Position numbers and translations under genes: made by a program. The notes beneath the pieces were generated by a model that was not told where the DNA came from, ran no database searches, and was given only the letters and a program-made list of their open reading frames with translations. DNA of 63,562 nucleotides, counting the filler, from Octopus bimaculoides (lineage: Eukaryota), in NCBI RefSeq assembly GCF_001194135.2. It is 6 parts of 6 records of this genome, joined end to end, with 100 filler letters (N's around TTAATTAATTAA, not from the genome) between each part and the next. Parts side by side here need not be neighbours in the genome. Positions count along the whole stretch, not along the records: positions 36,859 to 43,316 come from NC_068987.1; positions 43,417 to 60,300 come from NC_069008.1; 4 more parts are not named here. One strand, 5' to 3'. Shown piece by piece: positions 38,483 through 49,728 of this stretch (the first letter of the stretch is position 1; each line of letters starts with the position of its first letter).

Positions 38483-38816
38483 ACTGAACAGAACTCTAAA
38501 AACCGTACTGTTTACAAAATTTCATTATGTCTGTTGTGTCGAAATAGAACTCCCCCAAGGTAGAACGGATGGATTAGTCCACCAGGATAAATATGGTGGA
38601 GTAATGCCAATGGGTTGACGGTAGGTCGGCCACGACAGCTCATGAGCATTGTGTCGACTCGGAAGTTCGAGTAGTACTGGTGAGCGGACAAGTATCTAGT
38701 ATTATTTCTTAAACGGACTTAATGTATTATTTTATTATGTTGTACGAGAACTGTACGACATAAGTCTCTCAAAAAAATTCAGAACACGAAATAAAATCAG
38801 GTTACATTTATTTAAT

Positions 38817-39491
38817 TCAACTGCAATCTACGGCAACGCAAGGCAAAAATTTAAGAAAATCGTCCTTGTCTATACTTGATTTGTATTTATTAAGGAAAGC
38901 AGGTATTACGAGGTTTGATTTTCGCTGGTGCTTCATATTTCGTCGAAAGGGTGTCATAATTCGAGTTAGCGTCGAAAACGATGATTCACATGTAGCTGTG
39001 CTAGATCTAAATGTTAATGCTGCACCATACAAAAGATAAACATTTGGAAAGGCATCCTGTTCAATACGTAAAGATCCAAAAATATCAAGCAGTGTCATCA
39101 TATTTTGTTTGGAAATGTATGCTTTAGCCACAGTAAGTTCAGAAAGTAAAGCTGATTTATCACAATTAACTAAATTGCTCAAAGGTGTTAAAGCATCAAA
39201 ATCCAAAAATGTCTCGGACGTTGGTAGTAGACTTGCCAAGGAAGAATATATACTATCGTTTTGCTCTGAAAATCTATTATCTAGCTCTCCCAAAATTTCG
39301 TCGATAATCACGAAATAAATTTTGCGGTGAAAGGTCATCCAGTCATCTTGTGATGGTACTAGGGCTTCAACAACATAATCTGAAAAACGTCGGCACCCGC
39401 AAGCTTTTCGACCCATGCGTTCCTCAATAATATTAAATTGACTCATTTGTTTTAGAATCTCATCAAATATTAAATATTCACTATTTAACAA
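38817..39491 (-). mobile_element. hAT transposase C-terminal fragment (dimerisation domain)
   Basis: ELDNRFSE...FPNVYLLYGAALTFRSSTATCESSFSTLTRIMTPFRRNM...RKSNL matches the hATC motif (S-x-A-x-x-E-R/S-S-F-S-x-L). The N-terminus is replaced by a Penelope fragment. Confidence 0.85.
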
Positions 39492-39875
39492 TGCCCTTAA
39501 AGCTAGTGGATTTAAAGAGGAAATAGCTTACACACCTACTGTTAGACCAGAAATAAAGAAAAGAAAACATAGACACAGGAAAATTATCTGGTTCACACCC
39601 CTTACTATCAAAGTGACCTTTAATATAGGTAAATATTTCTTGTCACTTATAGGTAGACATTTTTCAATACATCACAAATATAGAAAACACTTTAATAGGC
39701 TTAACCTAAAAATTAGTTTTAGTTCCACCCCAACACACAAGGCAACACAACACGAAGCCAGCTGTTCCTGCAAGGATAAAGACTTGTGCCCACTAAATGG
39801 AGCCTGTTTGATCGAGGCCTTTATTTATGAAGCCACCGTAAATTCCACGAACGCTAAGAATAGTATCGTGTAATC
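39482..39875 (+). mobile_element. Penelope-like RT thumb/linker fragment
   Basis: NNALKASGFKEEI...RHRKIIWFTP...NIGKYFLSLIGRHF..HHKYRKHFNRLNLKISFS...CSCKDKDLCPLNGACL..IYEATV. Confidence 0.85.
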
Positions 39876-40328
39876 CTTCCCGTTCAGGTTAAATTGCTTT
39901 TATATACAACATGATATAAAACAAATACATTAATATATGAGTGCATATACATATACATAACATTAATATATGTGTGCATATTGATATATGTGTGCATATA
40001 CAAAAAACAAAAAGCAAAACAAAAAGGTTAAAACTTTTGCCCGAGCCATAAGCATGTAAGGCTGGTTTCCTGGATTCCGCGGGAGGATTACTCATTTTCG
40101 CCAGCTGAGAGAACTGGATCAATGTGAAATGAAGTGTTTTGCTCAAGAATACAATGCATCGACCTGTCCACGAATCGAAAACACAATCTTAAGATCATGA
40201 ATGCGCCATATAGACATGTATATATATATATATATATGCATGCATATATATTTACGTATATACACACACACACATATATATTCAGAAAAAGGTGAGTGAG
40301 AGAAATAAGGGTGGAGATAGATAGATAA

Positions 40329-40371
<43 letters not shown>

Positions 40372-40633
40372 TAGAGAAAGAGAGAGAGAGAGAAAGTGAC
40401 CTAGGGATTGACTCCCAGTGGAAGACCTTTTGTATGTCTTAATTCAAACAGATACTCCTATGGTTTTTAATAGTTTGAGAATGTAAGCAAAGTAAAGCTG
40501 CCGATACGAACGACAAAATTTCTTTAAGGGCGGTACCCAGTTTGACCTCCAATTTATAAGTACAACCAGTTAAAGAGTAACACTCCCCATATATATGTGT
40601 GTGTGTGTGTACGCATAAGTATGTATGTATGTA

Positions 40634-40860
40634 TTGGGCTGGTGCATAATTATTGCGGCTTCTTATCAACAAATTTTATTCGACAAAATCAATAACAATG
40701 TTTAACAAAAACATCTTTAAATGACGGCCTGACCGCCTTCCAAGCAAAAGGGAAGCAGTAATTGAAGTAGATGGTGAACATGCTCCGGAATAATCATTTA
40801 AAGATGTTTTTGTTACATGTTGTTATAGTTTTTGTTGAATAAAATTATGCACCAACCCTA
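40634..40860. mobile_element. Mariner-derived MITE
   Basis: TA|ttgggctggtgcataatt ... aattatgcaccaaccc|TA, with long internal inverted arms. The internal gtagatggtgaacatgctccggaataa resembles a mariner C-terminus. Confidence 0.75.
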
Positions 40861-40939
40861 TACATGTGCATATAATCCCTCTACCTATCTATCTGTCTAT
40901 CTATTTATTTGTCAATCATTCTTTCATTCTCTCTCTCTT

Positions 40940-41013
<74 letters not shown>

Positions 41014-41337
41014 TGCCATACAGTTCCCACTTCCCAATTTCTCCCACAAGGCAATATTCGTTCTGCGACTGTAGTAAAAGATACAATTGCCTACAACGGT
41101 GCACAGCAGGACTGAGCTCAGAACCACACGTGGCTGCGAAGAAAACTTCTTAACCGCACAACCAGTTCATTGTGAATGAATAATGATGCATGGTCCTTTA
41201 TAGTCTAATTACAAGGAATTAAAGACTGAAAATAAAACCCCTGGAATTTTCAGGCCTAATTTGGATGTTGCCTTCGGTGGCGAATTTGTATATTGCATTT
41301 GAAACCTTTCTAGATTATTTTAACAACATCATGGCTC

Positions 41338-41481
41338 TTTACATTATTTACATTTGACGGATATTTGTCCTCATCTTGTTTGTTGTTAACACAACGAAGG
41401 CTGGAGGGTATATCAGCCGAAACGTTGTGTTAACAACAAACAAGATGAGGACAAATATACGTCAAATATAAATAATGTAAA
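41338..41481. repeat. Fold-back (arms about 58 bp) whose spacer is the 3' half of a hammerhead; Penelope-type inverted terminus
   Basis: Arms 41338-41396 and 41423-41481. The spacer reads GA-AGGCTG-gagggtatat-CAGCC-GAAAC-GTT. Confidence 0.8.
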
Positions 41482-41559
41482 TAGTGTAAATAATTCCTCA
41501 TCTCTTAAATATAGAACTGTATCATGGCTCTTAGTTATCTTTGCTATTTTTGCATGAGT

Positions 41560-41900
41560 AGCTCATCAAGAAAATAGCTCTTCATGTACATAGAAGAAAT
41601 GTCTTATAAAGCAATTACAAATAATAGTGGATCTAAAGCATTTCTCTGGAGTACTACTCACAGAATGATCGTCCTCTGTAAGAAAGTACCATTGGCTGCA
41701 ACAGCTTTTGTTCTATTTTCAAAATATTCTGCTATCACTCTATGTTTCTCAGTCCGACAAAGATCACGTAGATTGAAACATTCTGTATGTGTGCGTTGCA
41801 TGATTTTTAAGGCTGCATAGAGTGTGTAAGTACCACTGTAAACTCCACTACTGTATTCTCAGTTGTTAAGTCTAAGGATCAAAAAGAAAAAGTACATGAA
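41560..41900 (-). mobile_element. Degenerate CR1/L2-like RT remnant
   Basis: Minus-strand peptide VAANGTFLQRTIIL*VVLQRNALDPLLF resembles V.VNG.FS...I.SGVPQGSVLGPLLF. Confidence 0.45.
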
Positions 41901-42757
41901 GAATATTACTATTCAGACAAATCAATAAGGCTTGGATAAATATTCAAAATAGGGAATAAACTGTGTATATAAAGTAATTATCATATGTGCGTATATCCTT
42001 GTATTTGTATTTTTGTGTGCACGTGTATTCATATGTATCTTTTGTCTTTTATTTGTCTCAGTCACTAAACTGCGGCCATGCTGGGGCACCACCTTGAATT
42101 TTTAGTCGAATTAATCTAATCGATCCCAGCACTTCATTTTTTTTTTTTTTTCAGAAGTGATACTTATTTTATCAGTTTGTGTTTGTTTCACAAACATTGC
42201 TTCGGGTTAGTGTAGCAAAGCAGCTGCAAGTCCGAAAGAAGATTTCGATGATGTACAATTTACGTTTCTATTAGTCAGTTCGAATTATGTGGATGTGTCT
42301 CTTGTTGCATGTATATATAAATATACGTGTTTGTGTGTGCGTGTGTGTCAGTTTCTGTGAGTTTAGGCATTTCTTTTCATATCTCTTTAGACCACACAGA
42401 TAAAACTGTGTACCGATAGTAGCTGGGAGTTAATTTTGTGATAGACTGGAAGCATTTCGTTTGGTGGGTGAGGGTCTCTTGAGACCTTCGTCACTTAAAC
42501 GCTCCAGAAATAGGGACAAGAGATCTGGTCGAGTGAGTCACTCAAGTCAAGCCATAGTTTAACTATGTGTATGTGTGTATGTATTAGCCTGTCATGTGTG
42601 TGTACTATGTATGTATATATATATATATGTTTGTGTGTGTGTATCTGTGTGTATGCGTGTCTCTGTGCCTGTATGCCTGTGTGCCTGTATTTTAAGCATA
42701 TATAATATATAAGAGAGAGAGAGAGAGAGAGAGANNNNNNNNNNNNNNNNNNNNNNN

Positions 42758-42790
<33 letters not shown>

Positions 42791-43275
42791 GAAATATACA
42801 AAAATTATACCAAAAAAAGAGACATATGAAGGAATAACAAACAGAGCGTGTTAGTTTGACGATTAGGAAAAAATGAAAGAAGTCTTTGACGTTTCGAGGC
42901 TTACGCTCTTCTCTAGAAAGAAATAAGGAAAGAAAACTGACGGAGAGGGGAAAATGGAGAGAGGAAGACGTGTCTGAATTAACGCTACTCTATGTTGAAT
43001 ACACCATACATACATAAATACATTCATACATACATACATACATACGTACATACATACAAACATACATAACTAGATACATATATTTATATATACACACACA
43101 CGCACATACGCACACACACACACGCACATACGCAACATACAACACAATATAACTTCTCCGTTGTTGTCAAATTATACCACATGTACTCCTTCATATACAC
43201 GCATCTCTCTCTTTCTATCTCTCTCTCTCTCTATCTCTCTCTCTCTATCTATCTATCTATATATCTATCTATCTA

Positions 43276-43316
<41 letters not shown>

Positions 43317-43695
43317 NNNNNNNNNNNNNNNNNNNNNNNNNNNNNNNNNNNNNNNNNNNNTTAATTAATTAANNNNNNNNNNNNNNNNNNNNNNNNNNNN
43401 NNNNNNNNNNNNNNNNTATGAATTCTCACACTAATAGTCGTCACATATCACCACTTTTTAATTTCTGCAACTGTATTGAATGTGCAATCATAAGCATCAT
43501 TTCATATATATATGTGTATAGATGTATGATTTTTGCATGTAAATAAATGCTAAAAGAATGTATTTTCAAATCTTTTATTCACTGAATTTGCTTATATTTA
43601 AAATAAATTGTATTAAATATGGTTTTCAATGGCAGTCAAAAATGACCACTTTGAGATTTGTAAGAAGAAAAAAATGTTGGTACTTCTAGTGTTAA

Positions 43696-43904
43696 CCCTT
43701 TAGCATTTAAACCAGCCATCTCTAGCCCAAATATACTACATATTTTACGTTCAAACTAGCCAGAGTAGGCCTCTTACAATGTCATTCTAAAAACAAACAC
43801 TCACATTATCAAACCTTGAAAGCTGTGAGATAATGCATGACAAATTGAAAACAATGTGAATAAATAAAGATCACATTTGATAGAATAATCTACATGGTTA
43901 AAGG
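43696..43904. mobile_element. piggyBac-like MITE in the ZNF 3' UTR
   Basis: TTAA|ccctttagcat ... atggttaaagg|TTAA. A homologous partial copy is in the paralogous UTR at about 51780-51935. Confidence 0.7.
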
Positions 43905-43928
43905 TTAAGTAACCACTTACAGATAATA

Positions 43929-45437
43929 TTAGTGGGATTGCTTCTTCCCCTTATGAACACATTTGTGATAAGCTAAGTTGTTATGTTGAGTGAATGACCT
44001 ACCGCAGATATCACAAAGATATGGCTTCTCTCCTGTATGGAGACATTTGTGAGAAATTAAGGTGCCATGTTGAGTGAATGACCTACCACAGATGTCACAA
44101 TGATGTGGCTTCTCTCCCATATGGATAAGTCTGTGTTTAGATAAATTAGAACTCATAGAGAATGATTTACCACAGATATCACAGTGATGTAGCTTCTCTC
44201 TTGTATGGAAACGTTTGTGAGTAGCTAAGTTGCCACCACGAGAGAATGATTTACCACAGATATCACAGTGATATGGTGACTCTCCTGTATGAATACATTT
44301 GTGATTAGTCAAGCTATCTGTCCGAGAGAATGATTTACCACAAATGTCACAGTGAAATGGCTTCTCCCCAGTATGAGTACGCTTGTGTCTAGTGAAGTTT
44401 ATGGCTGAAGGGAATGATTTACCACAGACACCACAATGACATTGCTTTTCTCCTGTATGGATATATCTGTGAGTAATTAAGTTACTCTTTATAGAAAATG
44501 ATTTACCACAGATGTCACAAGTATATGGTCTCTCTCCTGAATGAATACTTTTGTGTACAGTTAGGTTACTATTTACAGAGAAAGATTTCTTACAGATGTC
44601 GCATTGATATGGCTTCTCTCCGGTATGAATACGTTTATGGTAAGTTAAAGAACTGTAGCCAGAAAATGATTTACCGCAGATATTACAGGTATATGGTGTC
44701 TCTCCTGCATGAATACGTTTGTGAGAAGTTAAAGTACTACTTTGAGAGAATGATTTACTACAGATGTTACATTGGTACGGCTTCTCCCCTGTATGAACAC
44801 GTTTGTGGGACTTTAAAACACTTTGGTCTGAGAATGATGTACCACAGACATCACAGTGATACGGTTTCTCTCCGGTATGAAGACGTTTGTGCTTAGTCAA
44901 GTTATGCTTTCGAGAGAATGATTTACCACAAATATCACAGTGAAATGGCTTTTCTCCAGTATGAACACGTTTGTGAGAATTCAAAGTACTTTGGTCAGAG
45001 AATGATGTACCGCAGACATCACAATGATAAGGCTTCTCTCCGGTATGAATACGTTTGTGTGTAGTCAAGCTATTTTTTTGAGAGAATGATTTACCACAGA
45101 TGTCACAGTGATATGGCGTCTCTCCAGTATGAATTCGTTTGTGGGTAGTTAAGTTACTGGCTGAAGAGAATGATTTATCACAGACATCACAATGATATGG
45201 ATTCTCTCCTGTATGGATATGTTGTTGACTAATTAAGTCACTACTTACAGAAAATGATTTACCACAGATGTCACAGTGAAATGGCTTCTCCCCTGTGTGA
45301 ATACGTTTGTGTCTATTCAAGTGACCCTTTTGAGAGAAGGACTTTTTACAGACATCGCAGTCATGTGATAATTTTTGTTTCTCTTTTTCTCTATCTTCTG
45401 GAAAAATCTCTTCCTTCACTTTCTCACTCTTTTCCAT
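43929..45437 (-). CDS. Poly-C2H2 zinc-finger protein, 502 aa, 17 fingers (finger 2 lacks its first His)
   Basis: Uninterrupted ORF with TGEKP linkers, ATG at 45437 and TAA at 43929-43931. Acceptor tttcAG at 45746-45745 and AATAAA at 43579-43574. No KRAB/BTB-like effector domain is evident. Confidence 0.95.
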   Translation of the reverse strand: MEKSEKVKEEIFPEDREKEKQKLSHDCDVCKKSFSQKGHLNRHKRIHTGEKPFHCDICGKSFSVSSDLISQQHIHTGENPYHCDVCDKSFSSASNLTTHKRIHTGETPYHCDICGKSFSQKNSLTTHKRIHTGEKPYHCDVCGTSFSDQSTLNSHKRVHTGEKPFHCDICGKSFSRKHNLTKHKRLHTGEKPYHCDVCGTSFSDQSVLKSHKRVHTGEKPYQCNICSKSFSQSSTLTSHKRIHAGETPYTCNICGKSFSGYSSLTYHKRIHTGEKPYQCDICKKSFSVNSNLTVHKSIHSGERPYTCDICGKSFSIKSNLITHRYIHTGEKQCHCGVCGKSFPSAINFTRHKRTHTGEKPFHCDICGKSFSRTDSLTNHKCIHTGESPYHCDICGKSFSRGGNLATHKRFHTREKLHHCDICGKSFSMSSNLSKHRLIHMGEKPHHCDICGRSFTQHGTLISHKCLHTGEKPYLCDICGRSFTQHNNLAYHKCVHKGKKQSH

Positions 45438-46548
45438 TATTTTTCTATGAACTTCACCTTTTTCTCTTTTTTTTTTTGCTTCTATAGTCTTTTGTTTACA
45501 AATATTTCACCTGCTGTCTTTCTGTCCAGTGTTACCTTTGTCACAAAACAACTAAATTTATCCACGTTTAATCTGCAATCAGACTAGTCTTGTAGACACT
45601 CCAGCCAGAGTAAATATATCAGAGGAATTCTACCATAGACTTATAGAAACAATCTTCTATATCTGTTCTGTACAATATTTTGGTCTTTAAAAGATGATAA
45701 ATAATGAGAATGTATCTTCTGCTATTCCAATGTCATCTGATATTCTGAAATAATAAAGAAACAACAGTGTAAGATATAGAGGCTACTTAGAAAATACAGA
45801 TTCAACATTTCCATAAACTCTTAAAATATTATCTAGAATTCTTCACGATCTCTTCGTGATGTATGCATATGTCTTTGACTAGTTAACTAATTACTTAATA
45901 AGTTCTCTTCTTTGACACCTTAAATGAAAAAGGAGAAATTATTGGAAATAGTCTTTACTCATTTTTCCCCATCTAAGACATGATTTTTGATAACTGAACA
46001 TTACCAAATTAGACACTAAATGGGGTGGGGGTATTGATCTGGAATGCAAGAAAGAAAAGAATATTGATTGTTAAACACCGGACATCATTAACCTCAATTA
46101 CAATCAGGTTGAAAGTTGAGGGAAAATTTCTTGAAAATCAAAAGGACCTGCCACCTGTTTCGGACTGGAACTTCAACAACTATAATGACTAATTTTCAGT
46201 CCTAAATATAATGTAGCAATATTCACAAAATAATAATTTACAAAAAATTAGGAGAAATGGGAAATTACTCATTTTGCCCCGCCTACTTATTTTGTCCCTT
46301 TCCTCTATATCAAGAAACAAACATTCGATAAATTATAATAAAGCATTGGTTTCTCAACATTTCTGTGGTTGGAATGTATTTGAGGATATTTCTCCAACTA
46401 AAACACACAACAAACAAACGTGGAAACGATGGATCGTGTAGAAGGTTGCCTCCATAGCTAGAAATAGCAGCCAAATGTCGCACACATCAAAGGACATCTG
46501 AGACAGAAAGTATTAAAAGATTAAATGCTTATATTGTTTAATACTTAC

Positions 46549-46710
46549 GGAAATGCTTTTATAAAGGACAGTGTTGTTAGAAGTGCGTCAGGCGGTAGAG
46601 AAATCTTATAAATGTGTCTGGGAATTGATTAAGAGAAATACAGGTACGACTCACGTATGCTCTGATGTGACGAATAGAGGTGGGTGTACGTTTAGTGCGC
46701 ATGCGTATGA
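46549..46710 (-). promoter_or_regulatory. Putative promoter and non-coding first exon of the minus-strand ZNF gene
   Basis: NRF1-like TGCGCATGCGTA (46696-46707 on plus) and donor ttcc|GTAAGT at 46548-46547. Conserved with the paralogous region 48059-48222. Confidence 0.6.
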
Positions 46711-47439
46711 AATATTGGTTTCAACGTTTGGCGCAACGCCAGCAATTTCGTGGGTAACGATGGTGCTTAAGTCAATTACATGGATCCCCAGTAGTTAACT
46801 GGTACTTATCATATTGAACCCCAAGCAAAAAAAATTAAAGGCAAAGTTGACCTCACCGGAATTTTGGGCACACATACACGAATGTGGGCGTACGTGAAAC
46901 ACGTGCACACCCGCCCACTTCCTGTATTTTTTTTTTTCCAAAATGCCTTCGGATCCACAGAATACGATTTTGACCCAAATATCGCGTTTTCAAAATTATA
47001 ATTTCCACCCCTCCCCACTTTCTTAATTTTTAAAACTTTCCGGATTACAGAGATTACAAATGTGAGAATTTTTTTTTGTTTTATTTTGCAAATTTTCTTA
47101 AAGAAACCACGCTCCTCCTCCCCCCACCTTGCTTACCCATCGCGCGCTCGCGAAAGGGGTGCGGTGGGGTGGGTAGTTGGGTTAAAGGACTCGGAACATT
47201 CGCATCGTCACACATCGTCAGTCCATGGCCTCAAAACTATAGTGTTTGACCCGTGCTCGGAACATTCAGGATATGTGAATGTTCCGAGCCCTCTCCCCAC
47301 CTCCACCCCGTTCACGAGCACGCATTTCTTTTTTTTTTTTGTTTTATTTTCATATTCGTTCCCAGCAAGTTGTTTTACACCTATTACATTAATTATTTTT
47401 CGTTTTTGAGCTTGGGTCAAACGCTTTAGTTTGACTTTC

Positions 47440-47823
47440 GCTTTTACTCGTTTCAGTCATTTGACTGCGGCCATGCTGGAGCACCACCTTTTAGTCGAGG
47501 TAATCGACCCCAGGACTTATTCTTTGCAAGCCTAGTACTTATTCTATCGGTCTCTTTTGCCGAACCGCTAAGTTACGGGGACGTAAACACACCAGCATCG
47601 GTTGTCAAGTGATGTTGGGGAGACAAACACAGGCACACACACATATATATATATACATACATATATACGACGGGCTTCTTTCAGTTTCCATCTACCAAAT
47701 CCACTCACAAGGCTTTAGTCGGCCCGAGGCTATAGTAGAAGACACTTGCCCAAGGTGCCACGCAGTGGGACTGAACCCGGAACCATGTGGTTGGTAGGCA
47801 AGCTACTTACCACACAGCCACTC
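47440..47823 (-). mobile_element. tRNA-derived SINE family C, full length with internal (TA/CA)n
   Basis: Head aggagtggctgtgtggtaag...gggttcagtccc (boxes A and B) and tail cagcatggccgcagtc. Partial copies at about 15290-15430, 32563-33200, 33670-33870, 35800-35980, 36465-36660, 37615-37740, 42050-42150 and 63362-63521. Confidence 0.85.
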
Positions 47824-48058
47824 CTGTGCCTATAAATTTTTAGAATCTTTCCTCCCACCTTCGGTAAAATGAGTTTTTCTGAACAAATTTTAATACAGTC
47901 GTAATCTACAGCAACTGAAGCGTACTTGTGGAAAATTTCATTAGAAATAACCTTGTTTTTTTTTCTTCTATAAATCGATAACTGGAGTAAAGGTAATCGA
48001 ATTACCATCCCCCCACTCTCTCACTCCGAAATGGCTGGCCTTGTGCCTAAATATTTCA

Positions 48059-48222
48059 TGCGCATGCGCACTAAACGAACTTCCGCCTTCATTCATTATA
48101 TCTTGATAAATACGTCTGGTTCCAGAATTTCTCTTAGTTACCTCCCAAACACATTTATAATAGATTTCTCTACCACCCGACGCACTCATAACAATAACAC
48201 TATCCTTTATAAGAACATTTCC
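48059..48222 (+). promoter_or_regulatory. Putative promoter and non-coding first exon of the plus-strand ZNF gene
   Basis: Perfect NRF1 palindrome TGCGCATGCGCA (48059-48070), ETS-like ACTTCCG (48079-48085), donor ttcc|GTAAGT (48223) and matching acceptor tttAG at 49437-49438. Confidence 0.65.
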
Positions 48223-48996
48223 GTAAGTATTAAACAATGAAAACATTTAATCTTTTAATACTTCGTGTCTCAGATGTTCTTTGATGTGTGCGACATTTGG
48301 CTGCTATTTCTAGCTATGGCGGCTACCTTCCACACGATCCATCGTTTTCCACGTTTGTTTGTTGTGTGTTTTAGTTGGAAAAATGTTCTCAAATACACTC
48401 CAACCACAGAAATGTTGAGAAATCAATGCTTTATTATAATTTATCGAATGTTTGTTTCTTGATATAGGGAAAAGGGACAAAATTAGTTAGCGGGGCAAAA
48501 TGAGTAATTTCCCGAATATTGCAATAATATATTTATGGTTGAAAATTGGGTAGAGACGGACTATATGTAATCTGGTCCTTTCCCCCCCCTTNNNNNNNNN
48601 NNNNNNNNNNNNNNNNNNNNNNNNNNNNNNNNNNNNNNNNNNNNNNNNNNNNNNNNNNNNNNNNNNNNNNNNNNNNNNNNNNNNNNNNNNNNNNNNNNNN
48701 NNNNNNNNNNNNNNNNNNNNNNNNNNNNNNNNNNNNNNNNNNNNNNNNNNNNNNNNNNNNNNNNNNNNNNNNNNNNNNNNNNNNNNNNNNNNNNNNNNNN
48801 NNNNNNNNNNNNNNNNNNNTGTAATTGAGGTTGCTAATTAAAATATATTCTTTTCTCTGTTGGATTTCAAGTCAATTTTTCTTCATTACAGTGTCTAATG
48901 TGGTAATTTTCAAGTTTCGCGAAATGATTTTTAAAATGGGGCAAATTCTCTTCAGCATCATGGTATTAACGAGAAAAAAAAATTATTAAAATTCTC

Positions 48997-49027
<31 letters not shown>

Positions 49028-49210
49028 CCGGTGGCACGTAAAAGCACCCACTACACTCGGAGTGGTTGGCATTAGGAAGGGCATCCAGCTGTAGAAACTC
49101 TGCCAAATTAGACTGGAGCCTGGTGTAGCCATCTGGTTTCACCAGTCCTCAGTCAAATCGTCCAACCCATGCTAGCATGGAAAGCGGACGTTAAACGATA
49201 ATGATGATGA
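49028..49210 (+). mobile_element. SINE-like family D fragment in the ZNF intron
   Basis: Matches the reverse complement of 612-790. It is absent from the paralogous intron. Confidence 0.75.
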
Positions 49211-49728
49211 TACATACATACACACATACATATAAATGTTAACACAATATGAATGTGTAGCTAGAGTTAAGAAATATTTTAGTTCTACACAAGATTTTCT
49301 TATGTAAATTTTAATAAATTGAATGGTTCTGTTGTTCAAGTAAATATTTATTTCTAGAGTTTATCTCTATGGAAATGTTGAATCTGTATTTTCTAAGTAG
49401 CCTCTATATCTTACACTGTTGTTTCTTTATTATTTTAGAATATCAGAAGACATTGGAATAACTGAAGATACTTTCTCATTATTTATCTTCTTCTAAGCAC
49501 CGAAATGAAAATATTGTACAGAATAGATACATAAGATTCTCTACATAGATTTCCCTAAATCTATGGTAGAATTCCTACAATATACTTACTCTGATATTGT
49601 GTTATTAGCAAACTTTCAGGACATCACAGGTTGGAGTGTCTACAGCAGTTGAAATATTTGTAAACAAAAGACTACAGAAGCAAAAAGAAGAAAAAAAATA
49701 TCTATATTGTGTTTTTCAAAGAAAAATA

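Noticed and set aside
44498-45487. Plus-strand ORFs MIYHRCH... (also 49640-49912 minus)
   Set aside because: These are antisense shadows of the periodic zinc-finger coding sequence.
47190-47289. GAAnnTTC heat-shock elements
   Set aside because: Each site has only two pentamer units; a canonical HSE needs three contiguous units.
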